Of a stretch of 64,000 nt of DNA, positions 10,330 through 19,505 are shown piece by piece (the first letter of the stretch is position 1; every line of letters starts with the position of its first letter). This stretch comes from a virus. The stretch spans positions 64,001 through 128,000 of the IMG/VR virus record IMGVR_UViG_3300031754_000001. One strand, 5' to 3'. A model generated the notes under the pieces. That model did no database searches, was not told the origin of the DNA, and worked only from the letters and a program-made list of their open reading frames with translations. A program made the translations under genes and the position numbers.

Positions 10330-11229
10330 ATGCGCCATTGCGCCGCGGGCCGTCACGCACGGTACCGCACACCCACGTCATTCCCGTCCTCGCTGATCGC
10401 CGCCATGGCCGCGCTCGCGATGGTCCTCGCGATCGGGAGCGCAACCGGTACCTTCGCCTCGGCGGGTGCCCGGCCGCTCGCCGCGCTTGCCGTCCGGGCA
10501 CCGGAGACCAGCAGTGGCGTGAGCGCGGCCATGGCCAGGACCCGTATCACCCAGATGACGATGGCGGCCAGGATAGTCGCCGGGGCCGCCACTGCCGCGC
10601 AGGCCGCCGCGCGTACGTACACGGTCCGGGCCGGCGACACCCTGTCCGGCATCGCGGTGCGGCTGTGCGGCCCGGCTAACGACTGGACGGGCATCTACGC
10701 TGCCAGCAGGGCCGTGATCGGCGCGGACCCGAACCTGATTACCGCCGGGCAGCGGCTTACCGTCCGGTGCACCGATCCGCCCGCCCTGCTGCGCCTGGGC
10801 CGCAATCCCGCCCGGCATGCCGTTTCCGGGACTGCCGTCATCCGGGCCGGCCGTTACGGCCATCCGTACTACTGCGGCGACGGCGACGGCGACGGGTGGG
10901 ACAGGCCCTGCCGCGGCACCGCGCCCGCTGTCACGGTCCGGCCCGCCGGGATCATCTCCTACAGCGGCACCTATTCTTACGCCGGCCTGGAAGCACTCTG
11001 GGAGTCAGCCGGCGGCCCGGACTGGGCAGCACCGCATGCCGCGGAAATCGCCGACTGCGAATCCGGCGGCCGGGTTAACGCGTATAACCCGAGCGGCGCG
11101 ACCGGTCTCTGGCAGATCCTCGGCTCCGTCGTTGCCGGAAGCCTGTATAACCCGTACGTCAACGCGCTCAACGCAGTCGCGAAATTCCGGGCTAGCGGTG
11201 ACACCTTCGCGCAGTGGGTGTGCCAGTGA
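10330..11229 (+). CDS. Secreted LysM + lytic transglycosylase (SLT/Rpf-like) protein
   Basis: N-terminal signal/TM segment; LysM YTVRAGDTLSGIA..DPNLITAGQRL; SLT CESGG..ATGLWQI..NALNAV. Confidence 0.85.
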   Translation: MRHCAAGRHARYRTPTSFPSSLIAAMAALAMVLAIGSATGTFASAGARPLAALAVRAPETSSGVSAAMARTRITQMTMAARIVAGAATAAQAAARTYTVRAGDTLSGIAVRLCGPANDWTGIYAASRAVIGADPNLITAGQRLTVRCTDPPALLRLGRNPARHAVSGTAVIRAGRYGHPYYCGDGDGDGWDRPCRGTAPAVTVRPAGIISYSGTYSYAGLEALWESAGGPDWAAPHAAEIADCESGGRVNAYNPSGATGLWQILGSVVAGSLYNPYVNALNAVAKFRASGDTFAQWVCQ

Positions 11230-11738
11230 GTGCTGAGACGATGCCTGCTGGCACGACATCCGCACAGCGGGTGATCCCCCGCGTCGTGACCGTTCTCCTG
11301 CTGATCATCGCAGGACTCGCGGTCATCCCGTCGCTTGCGGTGCCGGCACAGGCGAGCACCCGGTACGTCGGGGCGCGCATCCTGGACCAGGCCGAGACCC
11401 GGCTCAATGACCCGTACAGCTACGGCTCGGCCGGTCCCTACTACTTCGACTGCAGCGGGCTGGTGGACTGGTCAGCCGTCTCCGTCGGGGAGCGGAACTG
11501 GCCCCGCGACACGTACGGCATCGCCGCCCAGATCGGGTACCGGTTCGTGCTCACCTCGCACCCGGTCCGCGGTGACCTGGCGCTGTGGGGCACCGTACGG
11601 GCGCCGTACCACGTGGAGATCGTGACGGCGTGGAGCGGATGGACATTCGGCGCTGAAACGTCAACATGGGCCGGCCGGGTGACATGGCATTCCAGCGCGT
11701 GGTTCCCGCCGTCGTTCTACCTGCACATCCTCTGGTGA
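11226..11738 (+). CDS. Secreted NlpC/P60 cell-wall peptidase
   Basis: Signal peptide ending AQA; PYSYGSAGP..FDCSGLV..PRDT..GDL..HVEI; GTGA overlap with the upstream gene. Confidence 0.85.
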   Translation: MSAETMPAGTTSAQRVIPRVVTVLLLIIAGLAVIPSLAVPAQASTRYVGARILDQAETRLNDPYSYGSAGPYYFDCSGLVDWSAVSVGERNWPRDTYGIAAQIGYRFVLTSHPVRGDLALWGTVRAPYHVEIVTAWSGWTFGAETSTWAGRVTWHSSAWFPPSFYLHILW

Positions 11739-11858
11739 GCCGCGGAGTGCGGTCTGGCCCCCCGCTTACGGGCCGCGCTCCGCATCCAGTCGCGCGGTAG
11801 GCTGGCCGGGACACTATACAGAGTCCGGACCTGCCTAGCGCGGCAATGACAATGACGG

Positions 11859-11889
11859 AAGCCCCGTACCTCGGCCGGGTACGGGGCTT
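11859..11889. terminator. Bidirectional intrinsic terminator between convergent blocks
   Basis: Inverted repeat AAGCCCCGTACC / GGTACGGGGCTT with a 7-nt loop, between convergent ORFs. Confidence 0.75.
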
Positions 11890-11902
11890 TCGCCGTGCGC
11901 GG

Positions 11903-12637
11903 CTAGCCGACCAGGGTGATCAGGTCGGCGGCGATTTCCTCCGGGTCGGTCACCGAGTCGAACGAGACCACCTTGACGTGGCTCTTGCCGAACTTGTCCT
12001 GGGCCTGGTTCTTCCTCGCGCCCTCCTGGTAGGCCGCCACGGTGGCGTCGTGCCTCTGCCCGTGCCCGACGATCGCGACCGCGAACACGCACTTGGCGGT
12101 GGCCTTCTCCAGGACTGGCTCGAACTCCATCCAGTCGTCGGCCTCGCCGTCCGTGAGCACGACGACCTCCATGACGGGCTGCTCGTCGGGGTCCCGGTCG
12201 CCGAACTCCTCGTCGTAGTCGGCGAGCGCCGCCTTCCAGGCCGGCATGATGTACGTCCGGCCGCCCCAGGCGATGGAGCTGAGCCGGCGCTCCAGGTTCG
12301 CGGAGTTCAGGTCGCCGATCTCCACATGGGTGTTGGCGAACCCGTGCGTCATCAGGCCGCCGCGCTCGTCGCTGCCCTCCGCCTGCTCGGCCGCCGCCTC
12401 GGAGTCCTCGGTCTCCAGGGAGCGCACGAGGATGCCGAGCGCGCCGATGACGATGGCCCGGCGGCTGCCCGGGTCCGGGAAATCGTGTCCGGCGTCGCTG
12501 GCGGCCGGCCAGTCCATGGACGTGGACAGGTCAAGCAGGAGAACGGGCTCCCTCTTGCGGTTAGCCGAGACGGCCGGGCCGATCTCGCTGCGCGGGGTGC
12601 GGGCGGGACCGCCGGTCTCGGTACGCGGTGCAGTCAT
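11903..12637 (-). CDS. von Willebrand factor A (vWA) domain protein
   Basis: MIDAS DLSTSM, GGRT, VVLTDGE. Start refined to ATG at 12637 after AAAGGA RBS. Confidence 0.8.
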   Translation of the reverse strand: MTAPRTETGGPARTPRSEIGPAVSANRKREPVLLLDLSTSMDWPAASDAGHDFPDPGSRRAIVIGALGILVRSLETEDSEAAAEQAEGSDERGGLMTHGFANTHVEIGDLNSANLERRLSSIAWGGRTYIMPAWKAALADYDEEFGDRDPDEQPVMEVVVLTDGEADDWMEFEPVLEKATAKCVFAVAIVGHGQRHDATVAAYQEGARKNQAQDKFGKSHVKVVSFDSVTDPEEIAADLITLVG

Positions 12638-12732
12638 GATTCGTATCCTTTCCCCGGAGGACCGTCCTCCGGCACGTGCCAGCGTGGCCGTCCTGATCCG
12701 CGCTGGCACGTGCCGGGCTACGGTACCGCGGT

Positions 12733-12771
12733 GCGAGGCCCGTGCCAGTTCCGGCCAGGCACGGGCCTCGC
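12733..12771 (-). terminator. Hairpin, probable terminator after the 12776-13081 gene
   Basis: 14-bp perfect inverted repeat GCGAGGCCCGTGCC / GGCACGGGCCTCGC. Confidence 0.55.
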
Positions 12772-12775
12772 GTCG

Positions 12776-13081
12776 TCATCCTGGCTGGTGCCCGTGCCGC
12801 CAGGCGGGGTGCCCGGGAACATCGAGCCCGGATTCGTACGCCTGTGCTGCCTGCTTCAGGTGGCCGGTGACACCCTCGGCAGCGCTAGGGACCGCATCGT
12901 ATGCGCCGCCGAGCTGGATAGCGTACAGCGCCGCCTGACGGGCAGCTGAGACCACCACGTCGTCGTGCTCCCACCGGGTGAGCACGACATTCCGGTCATC
13001 GACGGCGATGAGGTATGTCCAGTCCGTCCCATGAGCCACGGACCACCCGCCAGGATCATCCATCCAGTTCAGGGTGGTCAT
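12776..13081 (-). CDS. Hypothetical protein
   Basis: Coupled to the upstream ORF; phage-like codon usage. Confidence 0.6.
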   Translation of the reverse strand: MTTLNWMDDPGGWSVAHGTDWTYLIAVDDRNVVLTRWEHDDVVVSAARQAALYAIQLGGAYDAVPSAAEGVTGHLKQAAQAYESGLDVPGHPAWRHGHQPG

Positions 13082-13431
13082 CAGTCCGTCCCCGCCCGCA
13101 CCCAGATCCGGCCTTCCGTGTCCGGGATGATGACCAGGCCACCGGACGGGATTAGCTCGATGGTGATGCCGTCCGCGTCGTTAGCCGAGGGGGTGACCTC
13201 GAACTTGCCCTGAAGGATCACGGTGCTGTCCTCCGGCAGCGCGATCTCGATGTCATCGGCCGACAGCCGGACATTAGTTTTCGTTTCCGCGTGCGTGCTG
13301 GCAGCCAGATCGAGCTGATCTCGCAATCTCCTGTTCCCCTCCGTCAGGTAGCGGTTATGCCGCTCCAGGCTGGCGATGTAATCCTTGACCCAGGCCTGGG
13401 AGATCTTCGCTATCCGCTCGGGCGTGACCAT
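13081..13431 (-). CDS. Hypothetical protein (N-terminal coiled coil)
   Basis: Packed in an operon with its neighbours. Confidence 0.6.
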   Translation of the reverse strand: MVTPERIAKISQAWVKDYIASLERHNRYLTEGNRRLRDQLDLAASTHAETKTNVRLSADDIEIALPEDSTVILQGKFEVTPSANDADGITIELIPSGGLVIIPDTEGRIWVRAGTD

Positions 13432-13434
13432 TGA

Positions 13435-15339
13435 CTACGCCCCGGCCTTCACCAGCGGATGCTGGGCGTCGGCGAACGACTGGACCTGCTGCTGGCTATT
13501 GCCGGCGGTCACCCTGAGCACCCTGAACGTGACGGCATCACCGGCCTTCGCCAGGACGATGGCCGGCCCGGCCGCGCTAGTGCCCGTGTAGACCCTGGTG
13601 TAGTCCGGCTTCCCGCCCGCACCGCACAGGGTGAGATAGTAGACGGTGTTGCCGCCGGAGGTGTCCGGGTCCTTCTCGCACAGTTTCCCGGTGACGATCA
13701 CCTCGGCGGCCCCGGCTCCGGGTGCGTTGCCGTTGGCGTTTGCCTGGCCGGCCAGCTGGGTGAACAGGTTAGCCAGCGCCTGCGCCCGGGTGCTGCCGAA
13801 GACGGCGTTGGCCGCGGTCGCGGAGTAGGCGGGCACGAACCCGACCCCGGAGAAGGTGGGGTTGTCCGCCGGCGCCTCGCCGTTCCCGCACGGGTCACCG
13901 TTATCACCTTCCTGCTGGGTACTCGCATCGGCTTGCGCGCCGTTGTTCTTGGATGATTCGTAGCTGGCCATCCAGACCAGCGTGCCGTCGATGACGTGCA
14001 GGCTCATGTGCTCCGGGACCAGGTGGTTGGACCGGACGTTGCCTGCCCCGGTGCCCTGGGCGTTGCAGAAGGCCGACGCGACCGAGGTCTCGATACCCAT
14101 CGGGCCGGCCGGGCGGTAGATCTGCATGGCCCCGGTGGCGGAGTTCATCTCCACGATCCGGTAGACGGACGTCTCGGAGTTGAACGAGGTGAGCAGCATC
14201 CGCCAGGACGGGTTCTCGTTCCCGGTGTAGGTCAGGACGGGATCGCCGGAGACCTGGAACCGGTTGGCGTTGGTGCTGCCGATGCCCGGCCAGCCGCCCT
14301 GCGCGTACAGGCCGTACCAGTTCGCGATCTGCGCGGCCATGGCCTGGCTGTAAACCCGGTCCACCCAGGGCGCGTGCGCCGACAGCAGGTTGCTGCCGTG
14401 GCCCGGCAGGTCGTACCGGGCGATCACCCCGGTGTGCGCGTTGATCAGCAGCACGCCGACCGGCGCCATGAAGGTCTCGCCGAGCTGCGGCCGGAGCAGG
14501 GTGACCGTGAAGTACGGGTCGCCGGTCCCGTCCTGGATTTCCAGGGTCGGGTCGTCCAGGAGATACCCGGCGTAGCCGTGGTCACGCGCGTAGCGCAGCG
14601 GCTCGGAGCCCTGCCCGCCGGCCAGGCTGACGATCATGGAGTACTGGCCGTCATAGCGCTCTACCGGTTCCGCATTCGGGTCCTCGGCCGAGATCATGAT
14701 GTACCCGGGAACGATCCCGTGCAGCCGCTGCTTGTTGCCCGCGCCGTCGAACTCCAGCTGGAAGACGTACCACATCTTCCCGTCCACCCGCTGCAGGGTG
14801 GCCGGGCCGGGGTTCGTGTAGGTGGCGAAATTGCGGGTCGCCGCGATTCCCGAGGACATCGCCTGAGATGCCCGGGTCGCCGCCTCATCCGGGGTGACGG
14901 TCACCAGGTCGGCGGTAGAGCTGGCCGGCAGGGCATCGCCCGGTTCCTGGGTGACGGACACGATGCCGGACGCGGCCTTGTGCGCGTCATGCGGGCCGTT
15001 GACCCCGGCGACCCAGCCGGACCCGGAGGCGAGCACGGCCGCGAGCATGACGAACGGCGCCACGGACAGGCCGCCGGCAGCGCCATCGGCGATGGCCGCG
15101 ATGACCAGGGCGAGCACCAGGTCAGCGAAAATCAGGGGCAGCACCCCGAAAAGGGTCGCGGTCGGCAGGGCGAACCCGACGACCGGCCAGGTGACGATGA
15201 ACCCGGTGATGATCAGGTTCCCGAAGAAATTGACGGCTGCTGCGGTGCCGCCGTCGCCTTTCGACCTGGCGAGCGAGGACACAGCGGTGATGATGCCGAG
15301 GACGAGCCCGGCGATCAGCCCCGCGACGATTGCTGGCAT
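13435..15339 (-). CDS. Membrane protein with several N-terminal TM helices and a large extracytoplasmic domain (634 aa)
   Basis: About 4 hydrophobic segments in the first 110 aa, then a soluble domain (VPGYIMISAEDPN, PWVDRVY); CAGGAG RBS. Confidence 0.75.
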   Translation of the reverse strand: MPAIVAGLIAGLVLGIITAVSSLARSKGDGGTAAAVNFFGNLIITGFIVTWPVVGFALPTATLFGVLPLIFADLVLALVIAAIADGAAGGLSVAPFVMLAAVLASGSGWVAGVNGPHDAHKAASGIVSVTQEPGDALPASSTADLVTVTPDEAATRASQAMSSGIAATRNFATYTNPGPATLQRVDGKMWYVFQLEFDGAGNKQRLHGIVPGYIMISAEDPNAEPVERYDGQYSMIVSLAGGQGSEPLRYARDHGYAGYLLDDPTLEIQDGTGDPYFTVTLLRPQLGETFMAPVGVLLINAHTGVIARYDLPGHGSNLLSAHAPWVDRVYSQAMAAQIANWYGLYAQGGWPGIGSTNANRFQVSGDPVLTYTGNENPSWRMLLTSFNSETSVYRIVEMNSATGAMQIYRPAGPMGIETSVASAFCNAQGTGAGNVRSNHLVPEHMSLHVIDGTLVWMASYESSKNNGAQADASTQQEGDNGDPCGNGEAPADNPTFSGVGFVPAYSATAANAVFGSTRAQALANLFTQLAGQANANGNAPGAGAAEVIVTGKLCEKDPDTSGGNTVYYLTLCGAGGKPDYTRVYTGTSAAGPAIVLAKAGDAVTFRVLRVTAGNSQQQVQSFADAQHPLVKAGA

Positions 15340-15363
15340 GAGCGTGTCTCCTGTTCGTGGGTT

Positions 15364-16227
15364 CTAGAACGGCTTGCGCACGGCGATCGCGTGCGGTCCG
15401 GGCATGGACTGGACGGTGGCATCGCGGAGGACGCGGAGTACCACCTGGGGATTGCCGGAAAGGACGAACGGCTGGCCGACGCTGACGGTCCAGGTAGTCC
15501 CGTCGCTGTCGGTCACGTCCGCCTGGCCGCCGCTGACGGTGGCGGTAACGCTGCCCGTGGTGTCAGCCGCCCAGCCGGGATCTCCGGCCGGGATCGCCCA
15601 GGGCGCCGGGTAGTACAGGCCGTCCTGAAGCAGCACGAGCTGCGCCTGGCTGGTCCCGGCTGACGGGCTCGCCGCGGCCGGGACGTTCCAGTCGGCCCGG
15701 AACTGCTGCAGGCCGGTCAGCGGTCCCTGGGCCGGCTGCTGCGCCGGGTTCACCGGAGCCCCGGCCGCGGGCGGGCTGCCCTGACTGGAACCTGCTATCG
15801 CATGCCAGATGAGCACGCTGGCGCACAGGCTGACCGCGATGACCGCGAGCGTGATGACGACCTGCACCGCATGGCGGGCCAGCCAGGTACCGGATGACGG
15901 ATCCCGGCTAACTGAACTCTTCTCTAGCTGCCACCACTCACGGCCGTCCTGGAACCCGCCGATCACCGCGTCCAGCTCGGCGCGCTGGCTGTCCGTCAGC
16001 GGCGGGTTCGCCTCCCGGTACCCGATCAGCCAGAACCGCGCCCTGGCTTCCAGGTCCGCCGTGGCTCCCGGATGCGGGCCGCGGAACTGGGCGAGCAGCT
16101 GGCTCAGGGTCCTGCTGTCACTGTCCGGCAGGGCGACGGCCAGCCCGGCCGCCGTCCCGGTCTGATCCTGCTGCCACATCTCCACGCGGCGCAGGAAATC
16201 CAGCGCGGGGGTAGGTGATGCGCTCAC
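15364..16227 (-). CDS. Single-pass membrane protein
   Basis: Central TM helix VQVVITLAVIAVSLCASVLIW. Confidence 0.65.
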   Translation of the reverse strand: MSASPTPALDFLRRVEMWQQDQTGTAAGLAVALPDSDSRTLSQLLAQFRGPHPGATADLEARARFWLIGYREANPPLTDSQRAELDAVIGGFQDGREWWQLEKSSVSRDPSSGTWLARHAVQVVITLAVIAVSLCASVLIWHAIAGSSQGSPPAAGAPVNPAQQPAQGPLTGLQQFRADWNVPAAASPSAGTSQAQLVLLQDGLYYPAPWAIPAGDPGWAADTTGSVTATVSGGQADVTDSDGTTWTVSVGQPFVLSGNPQVVLRVLRDATVQSMPGPHAIAVRKPF

Positions 16228-16568
16228 CGGTTCCTCCGGTCATCTAGGTACGACAGGTCCACGTCATCGAGCCCGCCGGCACTCGCGGCGATGTCGTCGT
16301 GCAGCTTGGGCACCTCAGCTTCCAGGCTGGCTATCTCGGCTAGCAGGATCCCGATCTGGCCCTGGCGGAGATCATGGCCGTCCCAGTTCGGATGCTGGGT
16401 GACGGTGCGGCGCAGCGCGGTCAGCTGTTCCTGGTCGCTGGCCAGCAGCGCTTCCTTGCGGGCGATGGCCAGGCGCAGCGACAAGATGCGCTGCAGCCGG
16501 ATCTCGGTACCCGCGACCGGGTGCGGCTCGCGCGGTGGCGGCGAAACCGGTTCTCTCTTGCGGAACAT
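16224..16568 (-). CDS. Hypothetical coiled-coil protein
   Basis: Coupled to the next gene by a 4-bp overlap. Confidence 0.6.
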   Translation of the reverse strand: MFRKREPVSPPPREPHPVAGTEIRLQRILSLRLAIARKEALLASDQEQLTALRRTVTQHPNWDGHDLRQGQIGILLAEIASLEAEVPKLHDDIAASAGGLDDVDLSYLDDRRNR

Positions 16569-16581
16569 GAACGATTTCCCC

Positions 16582-17487
16582 CTAGTGCGGCCGAGCCGGG
16601 CCGGCCAGGTTCAGCCAGGCGCCCGCACCGGCCGCGGCCATGACCAGGAACCCGATGACGAGCAGCCCGCGGACCAGCCACGGGTTACGGGACGGCAGCC
16701 CGGCCAGGGTGACGTGATCAAGCAGCCAGTGCGTGCGGAACCGGTGCGCGGGAGTGCCGATCACCTTGTCGCCGCGCAGTGCGTTCAGGCCCTGGGTGCT
16801 ACGGACCTTGGCGGCCGAGCGCTCGGCGAAGAACCACTGGATGTCATCGGCGATCCGCTGGACTACCTTCGTGGCCGCAAGGCCGCCGGCGATGCCCATG
16901 GCCACCGTGATCCAGGTCCCGGCGGCCACCCACCCGTTCGCCTCAGACGCCAGCACGCCGAACCGGGCGGGCACCTCCAGGCCGTGCTGCTGCAACCAGG
17001 CGACTTTCCAGGCCAGCACGCCGATCACGGCGATGGGAATCAGCGCAACGCCGATCGCCAGCGGGACGCGAGTCAGGTACGCCTTCAGGCCCGGGTTGTC
17101 GTCAGCCGGGTATTTCGGCTTGGCGAACAACAGCCGGACGATGATGGTGGCGATCACGGCGATACCGACGTCGCGGATGTCATGCCGCCAGGCCACCCAC
17201 CAGGCCGGAGCCGCCTGGCTGGCCCAGTGGTACCCGAGCAGGTTGGAGGCATGCACCGGCAGCCGGTCCCACGGGTCTTTCAGGTACAGGACCGTCCACA
17301 GCCCCTGGCCGTAGCCGACCGCGTACCGGACCTGGAAGGCGGCGAAATAGCCGAAGCTGACCGCCCATTTGATCAGGTGCGCGATGACCACACTCCAGAG
17401 AACGGATTCCAGGCCCAGCCAGGACAGCAGGCGGATCTTCGGGATGTCCAGCCGGGTTTCCTGCTGGGTGACAGGGATGGCGGTCAT
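16582..17487 (-). CDS. Multi-pass membrane protein
   Basis: About 5 hydrophobic helices; strong RBS; ATGA overlap. Confidence 0.7.
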   Translation of the reverse strand: MTAIPVTQQETRLDIPKIRLLSWLGLESVLWSVVIAHLIKWAVSFGYFAAFQVRYAVGYGQGLWTVLYLKDPWDRLPVHASNLLGYHWASQAAPAWWVAWRHDIRDVGIAVIATIIVRLLFAKPKYPADDNPGLKAYLTRVPLAIGVALIPIAVIGVLAWKVAWLQQHGLEVPARFGVLASEANGWVAAGTWITVAMGIAGGLAATKVVQRIADDIQWFFAERSAAKVRSTQGLNALRGDKVIGTPAHRFRTHWLLDHVTLAGLPSRNPWLVRGLLVIGFLVMAAAGAGAWLNLAGPARPH

Positions 17488-18032
17488 GAGATGATCTCCT
17501 GTTCCGTGTTATCCGCATGCTGCTCAGCTTCGCGCAGGGCAGCGATGACAGGACCGGATACGAAGCTGACGATCGCGGACCATTCCTGCGGGTCCATGTC
17601 CTTGATCAGCTTGTGAATGACAACTGATTCCGGCGAATCCACGGCCTTGCGGAACGCGGTGTGGAAACCCTCGCCGATCATGGACCGGATGTCCTCTTCG
17701 GTCACCCCGTGCAAGCCGCCGATCGCATGCAGCTGCTCGCGCAGGACCAGGATCTCGCTGATCAGGGCCAGGGTGCCAGCCGGGGAGGATAGCCCGTTCT
17801 CCGCGTGACGCCGGGCGCGGGCCAGGTCCTTGTCACTCATCCCGCCCGTCAGCGGCAGCGGTCCCGGCGGGGTGTCGGGGATGCTCGCGCCCAGTTCCCA
17901 CAATGCCGCGTGCGCGGCCCGGACACGCCGGCGTCCGTCGTACCCGATAGGCCCGGACGCGTTCTCGTAGACGTCCTTGATTTCGGTTATGGCGGCCAGG
18001 AACTGCTGCCGCTGGGTCGGCTTCCCGTTCAT
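17484..18032 (-). CDS. Hypothetical protein
   Basis: 4-bp overlaps on both sides. Confidence 0.6.
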   Translation of the reverse strand: MNGKPTQRQQFLAAITEIKDVYENASGPIGYDGRRRVRAAHAALWELGASIPDTPPGPLPLTGGMSDKDLARARRHAENGLSSPAGTLALISEILVLREQLHAIGGLHGVTEEDIRSMIGEGFHTAFRKAVDSPESVVIHKLIKDMDPQEWSAIVSFVSGPVIAALREAEQHADNTEQEIIS

Positions 18033-18496
18033 GCCGGGCTCCCGGCCGTCGCACTCGGGCTTGCATTAGCCGCCAGGGCCGCGGTGTAAGCCGCCTGGGC
18101 GCACGGCTGCCAGCCGGACTGGCGGAGCGCGGCCACGCTGCCCAGCTTCTGGTAGGCGGCGGCCAGGCACTTGCCCAGGCTGATCTCGATCGCGTGCCGG
18201 GCGTGCGCGTCCTGGACGGCCGGGATCTTGCCCTCGGCGCAGGACCTGGCCGTGGTCACCGGGTGCGGCTGCGCCATGGCCTGCTGGGTGAAGCACGGGC
18301 TGAAGATTTTCTCAGCCTGCCGCATGTCCGCCGATGCGGTGGGGTTGGCCATGGCCGAGCTGGCCCGCGCGGCGGCGGAACTGGCGTTACCGCCGGCCTG
18401 CCCGCTGTGCGAGGAGCCGCAGGCGGTCATCACCGCCAGGATTACCGCTGCGATAACGGCCGCCGTCAGCCTCGCGAGGATCTTCGTGCTCATCAT
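18029..18496 (-). CDS. Lipoprotein
   Basis: Signal peptide with lipobox-like VMTA-C followed by GSS; four further Cys; start at MMSTK after CAGGAG. Confidence 0.7.
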   Translation of the reverse strand: MMSTKILARLTAAVIAAVILAVMTACGSSHSGQAGGNASSAAARASSAMANPTASADMRQAEKIFSPCFTQQAMAQPHPVTTARSCAEGKIPAVQDAHARHAIEISLGKCLAAAYQKLGSVAALRQSGWQPCAQAAYTAALAANASPSATAGSPA

Positions 18497-18594
18497 GATC
18501 TCCTGTCTGATTCCGTGGTCTGGGATCTTAGGTGCCGGGTACCAGTACATGCGCGGGATTACCCTGGCCCGGCCGGCCGCGTGCCGCTAAGCTG

Positions 18595-18717
18595 TCAGCC
18601 GCTCTTTTCCCTGTCCTCGTATTTAGCGGCGTTCTTCCTGTCCTGGTCAACGCGGGCCTGCTGGGCCGTGTCCTTCCGGATCTGCTGCCGGGCCAGTTCC
18701 TTCGCCCTGTTCTTCAC
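18595..18717 (-). CDS. 40-aa charged peptide (not in the ORF track)
   Basis: GAGGAGG RBS, GTG start; KNRAKELARQQIRKDTAQQARVDQDRKNAAKYEDREKSG. Confidence 0.55.
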   Translation of the reverse strand: MKNRAKELARQQIRKDTAQQARVDQDRKNAAKYEDREKSG

Positions 18718-18730
18718 GGGTTCCCTCCTC

Positions 18731-18892
18731 TCAGGGATCGCTGCACACCTGCGTAAAGTGCGGTTTCCCGGCCATGGACGGAGCCAGGTGGCAGGTCGGC
18801 TGCGGGCTCATCGCCAGCCAGGTAATCAGGCCGGTCAGCACCCCGATGGCGAAAATGAGCAGCAGGCCGGCCCAGTCCCGGATGAACCTCAT
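18731..18892 (-). CDS. Small membrane protein
   Basis: MRFIRDWAGLLLIFAIGVLTGLITWLA; ATGA overlap. Confidence 0.55.
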   Translation of the reverse strand: MRFIRDWAGLLLIFAIGVLTGLITWLAMSPQPTCHLAPSMAGKPHFTQVCSDP

Positions 18893-19206
18893 GCCAGCGG
18901 GTTCCGTGCTTCCGTCCGCCGGAGCGTGACAGACTTCGGGCTGGTGTAATCGAGAAGCCACCGGAACAACCCCTCGAACGGATTAATGATATTGAGTGAT
19001 ACCCGGACGGTCTCGCCTTCCATCTGGACGCCCTCCCCGATCTCCTCGTTGAGGAAACCCCACTCGCTCTCCGCCTGCTCGCGGCAGAACTTGTAGAATT
19101 CCGCGGCCTCGCCCAGGCCGCCCTCGTACATTCCCGCGTCGATGGTGTCCTGGACGGAATCGAATTCCGCGGTCATCAGCCACCGCTCCTCCAATAGCCT
19201 GCTCAT
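18889..19206 (-). CDS. Acidic hypothetical protein
   Basis: Overlap-coupled operon member. Confidence 0.55.
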   Translation of the reverse strand: MSRLLEERWLMTAEFDSVQDTIDAGMYEGGLGEAAEFYKFCREQAESEWGFLNEEIGEGVQMEGETVRVSLNIINPFEGLFRWLLDYTSPKSVTLRRTEARNPLA

Positions 19207-19505
19207 GCCGGGTCCTCCGCGGCTTGCGCTTTCAGGTGCTGGACGGCCATCCCGGCGATGAGCCCGTCAAGCCAGACCGCGGCGAGCTGAACTTCCCGGC
19301 GCTGAGTCCCCGGATTCCGGGCCATGCGCCTTACGGCGACGAGTGCCCGCTGGCCGGCCATGTAAGCAGCAGAATCCGGGTCCAGGTACCGGGCGATCAT
19401 GTCCGTGACGGGCTGCCCGGATTCCGCCTGGGCGTCCTGGCGGATCAGCACCTGGGACAGCAGCCAGAAATCCGGGTGGTCCGGCCGTCCCGGGAACTCG
19501 CTCAC
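19203..19505 (-). CDS. Hypothetical protein
   Basis: Overlap-coupled operon member. Confidence 0.6.
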   Translation of the reverse strand: MSEFPGRPDHPDFWLLSQVLIRQDAQAESGQPVTDMIARYLDPDSAAYMAGQRALVAVRRMARNPGTQRREVQLAAVWLDGLIAGMAVQHLKAQAAEDPA

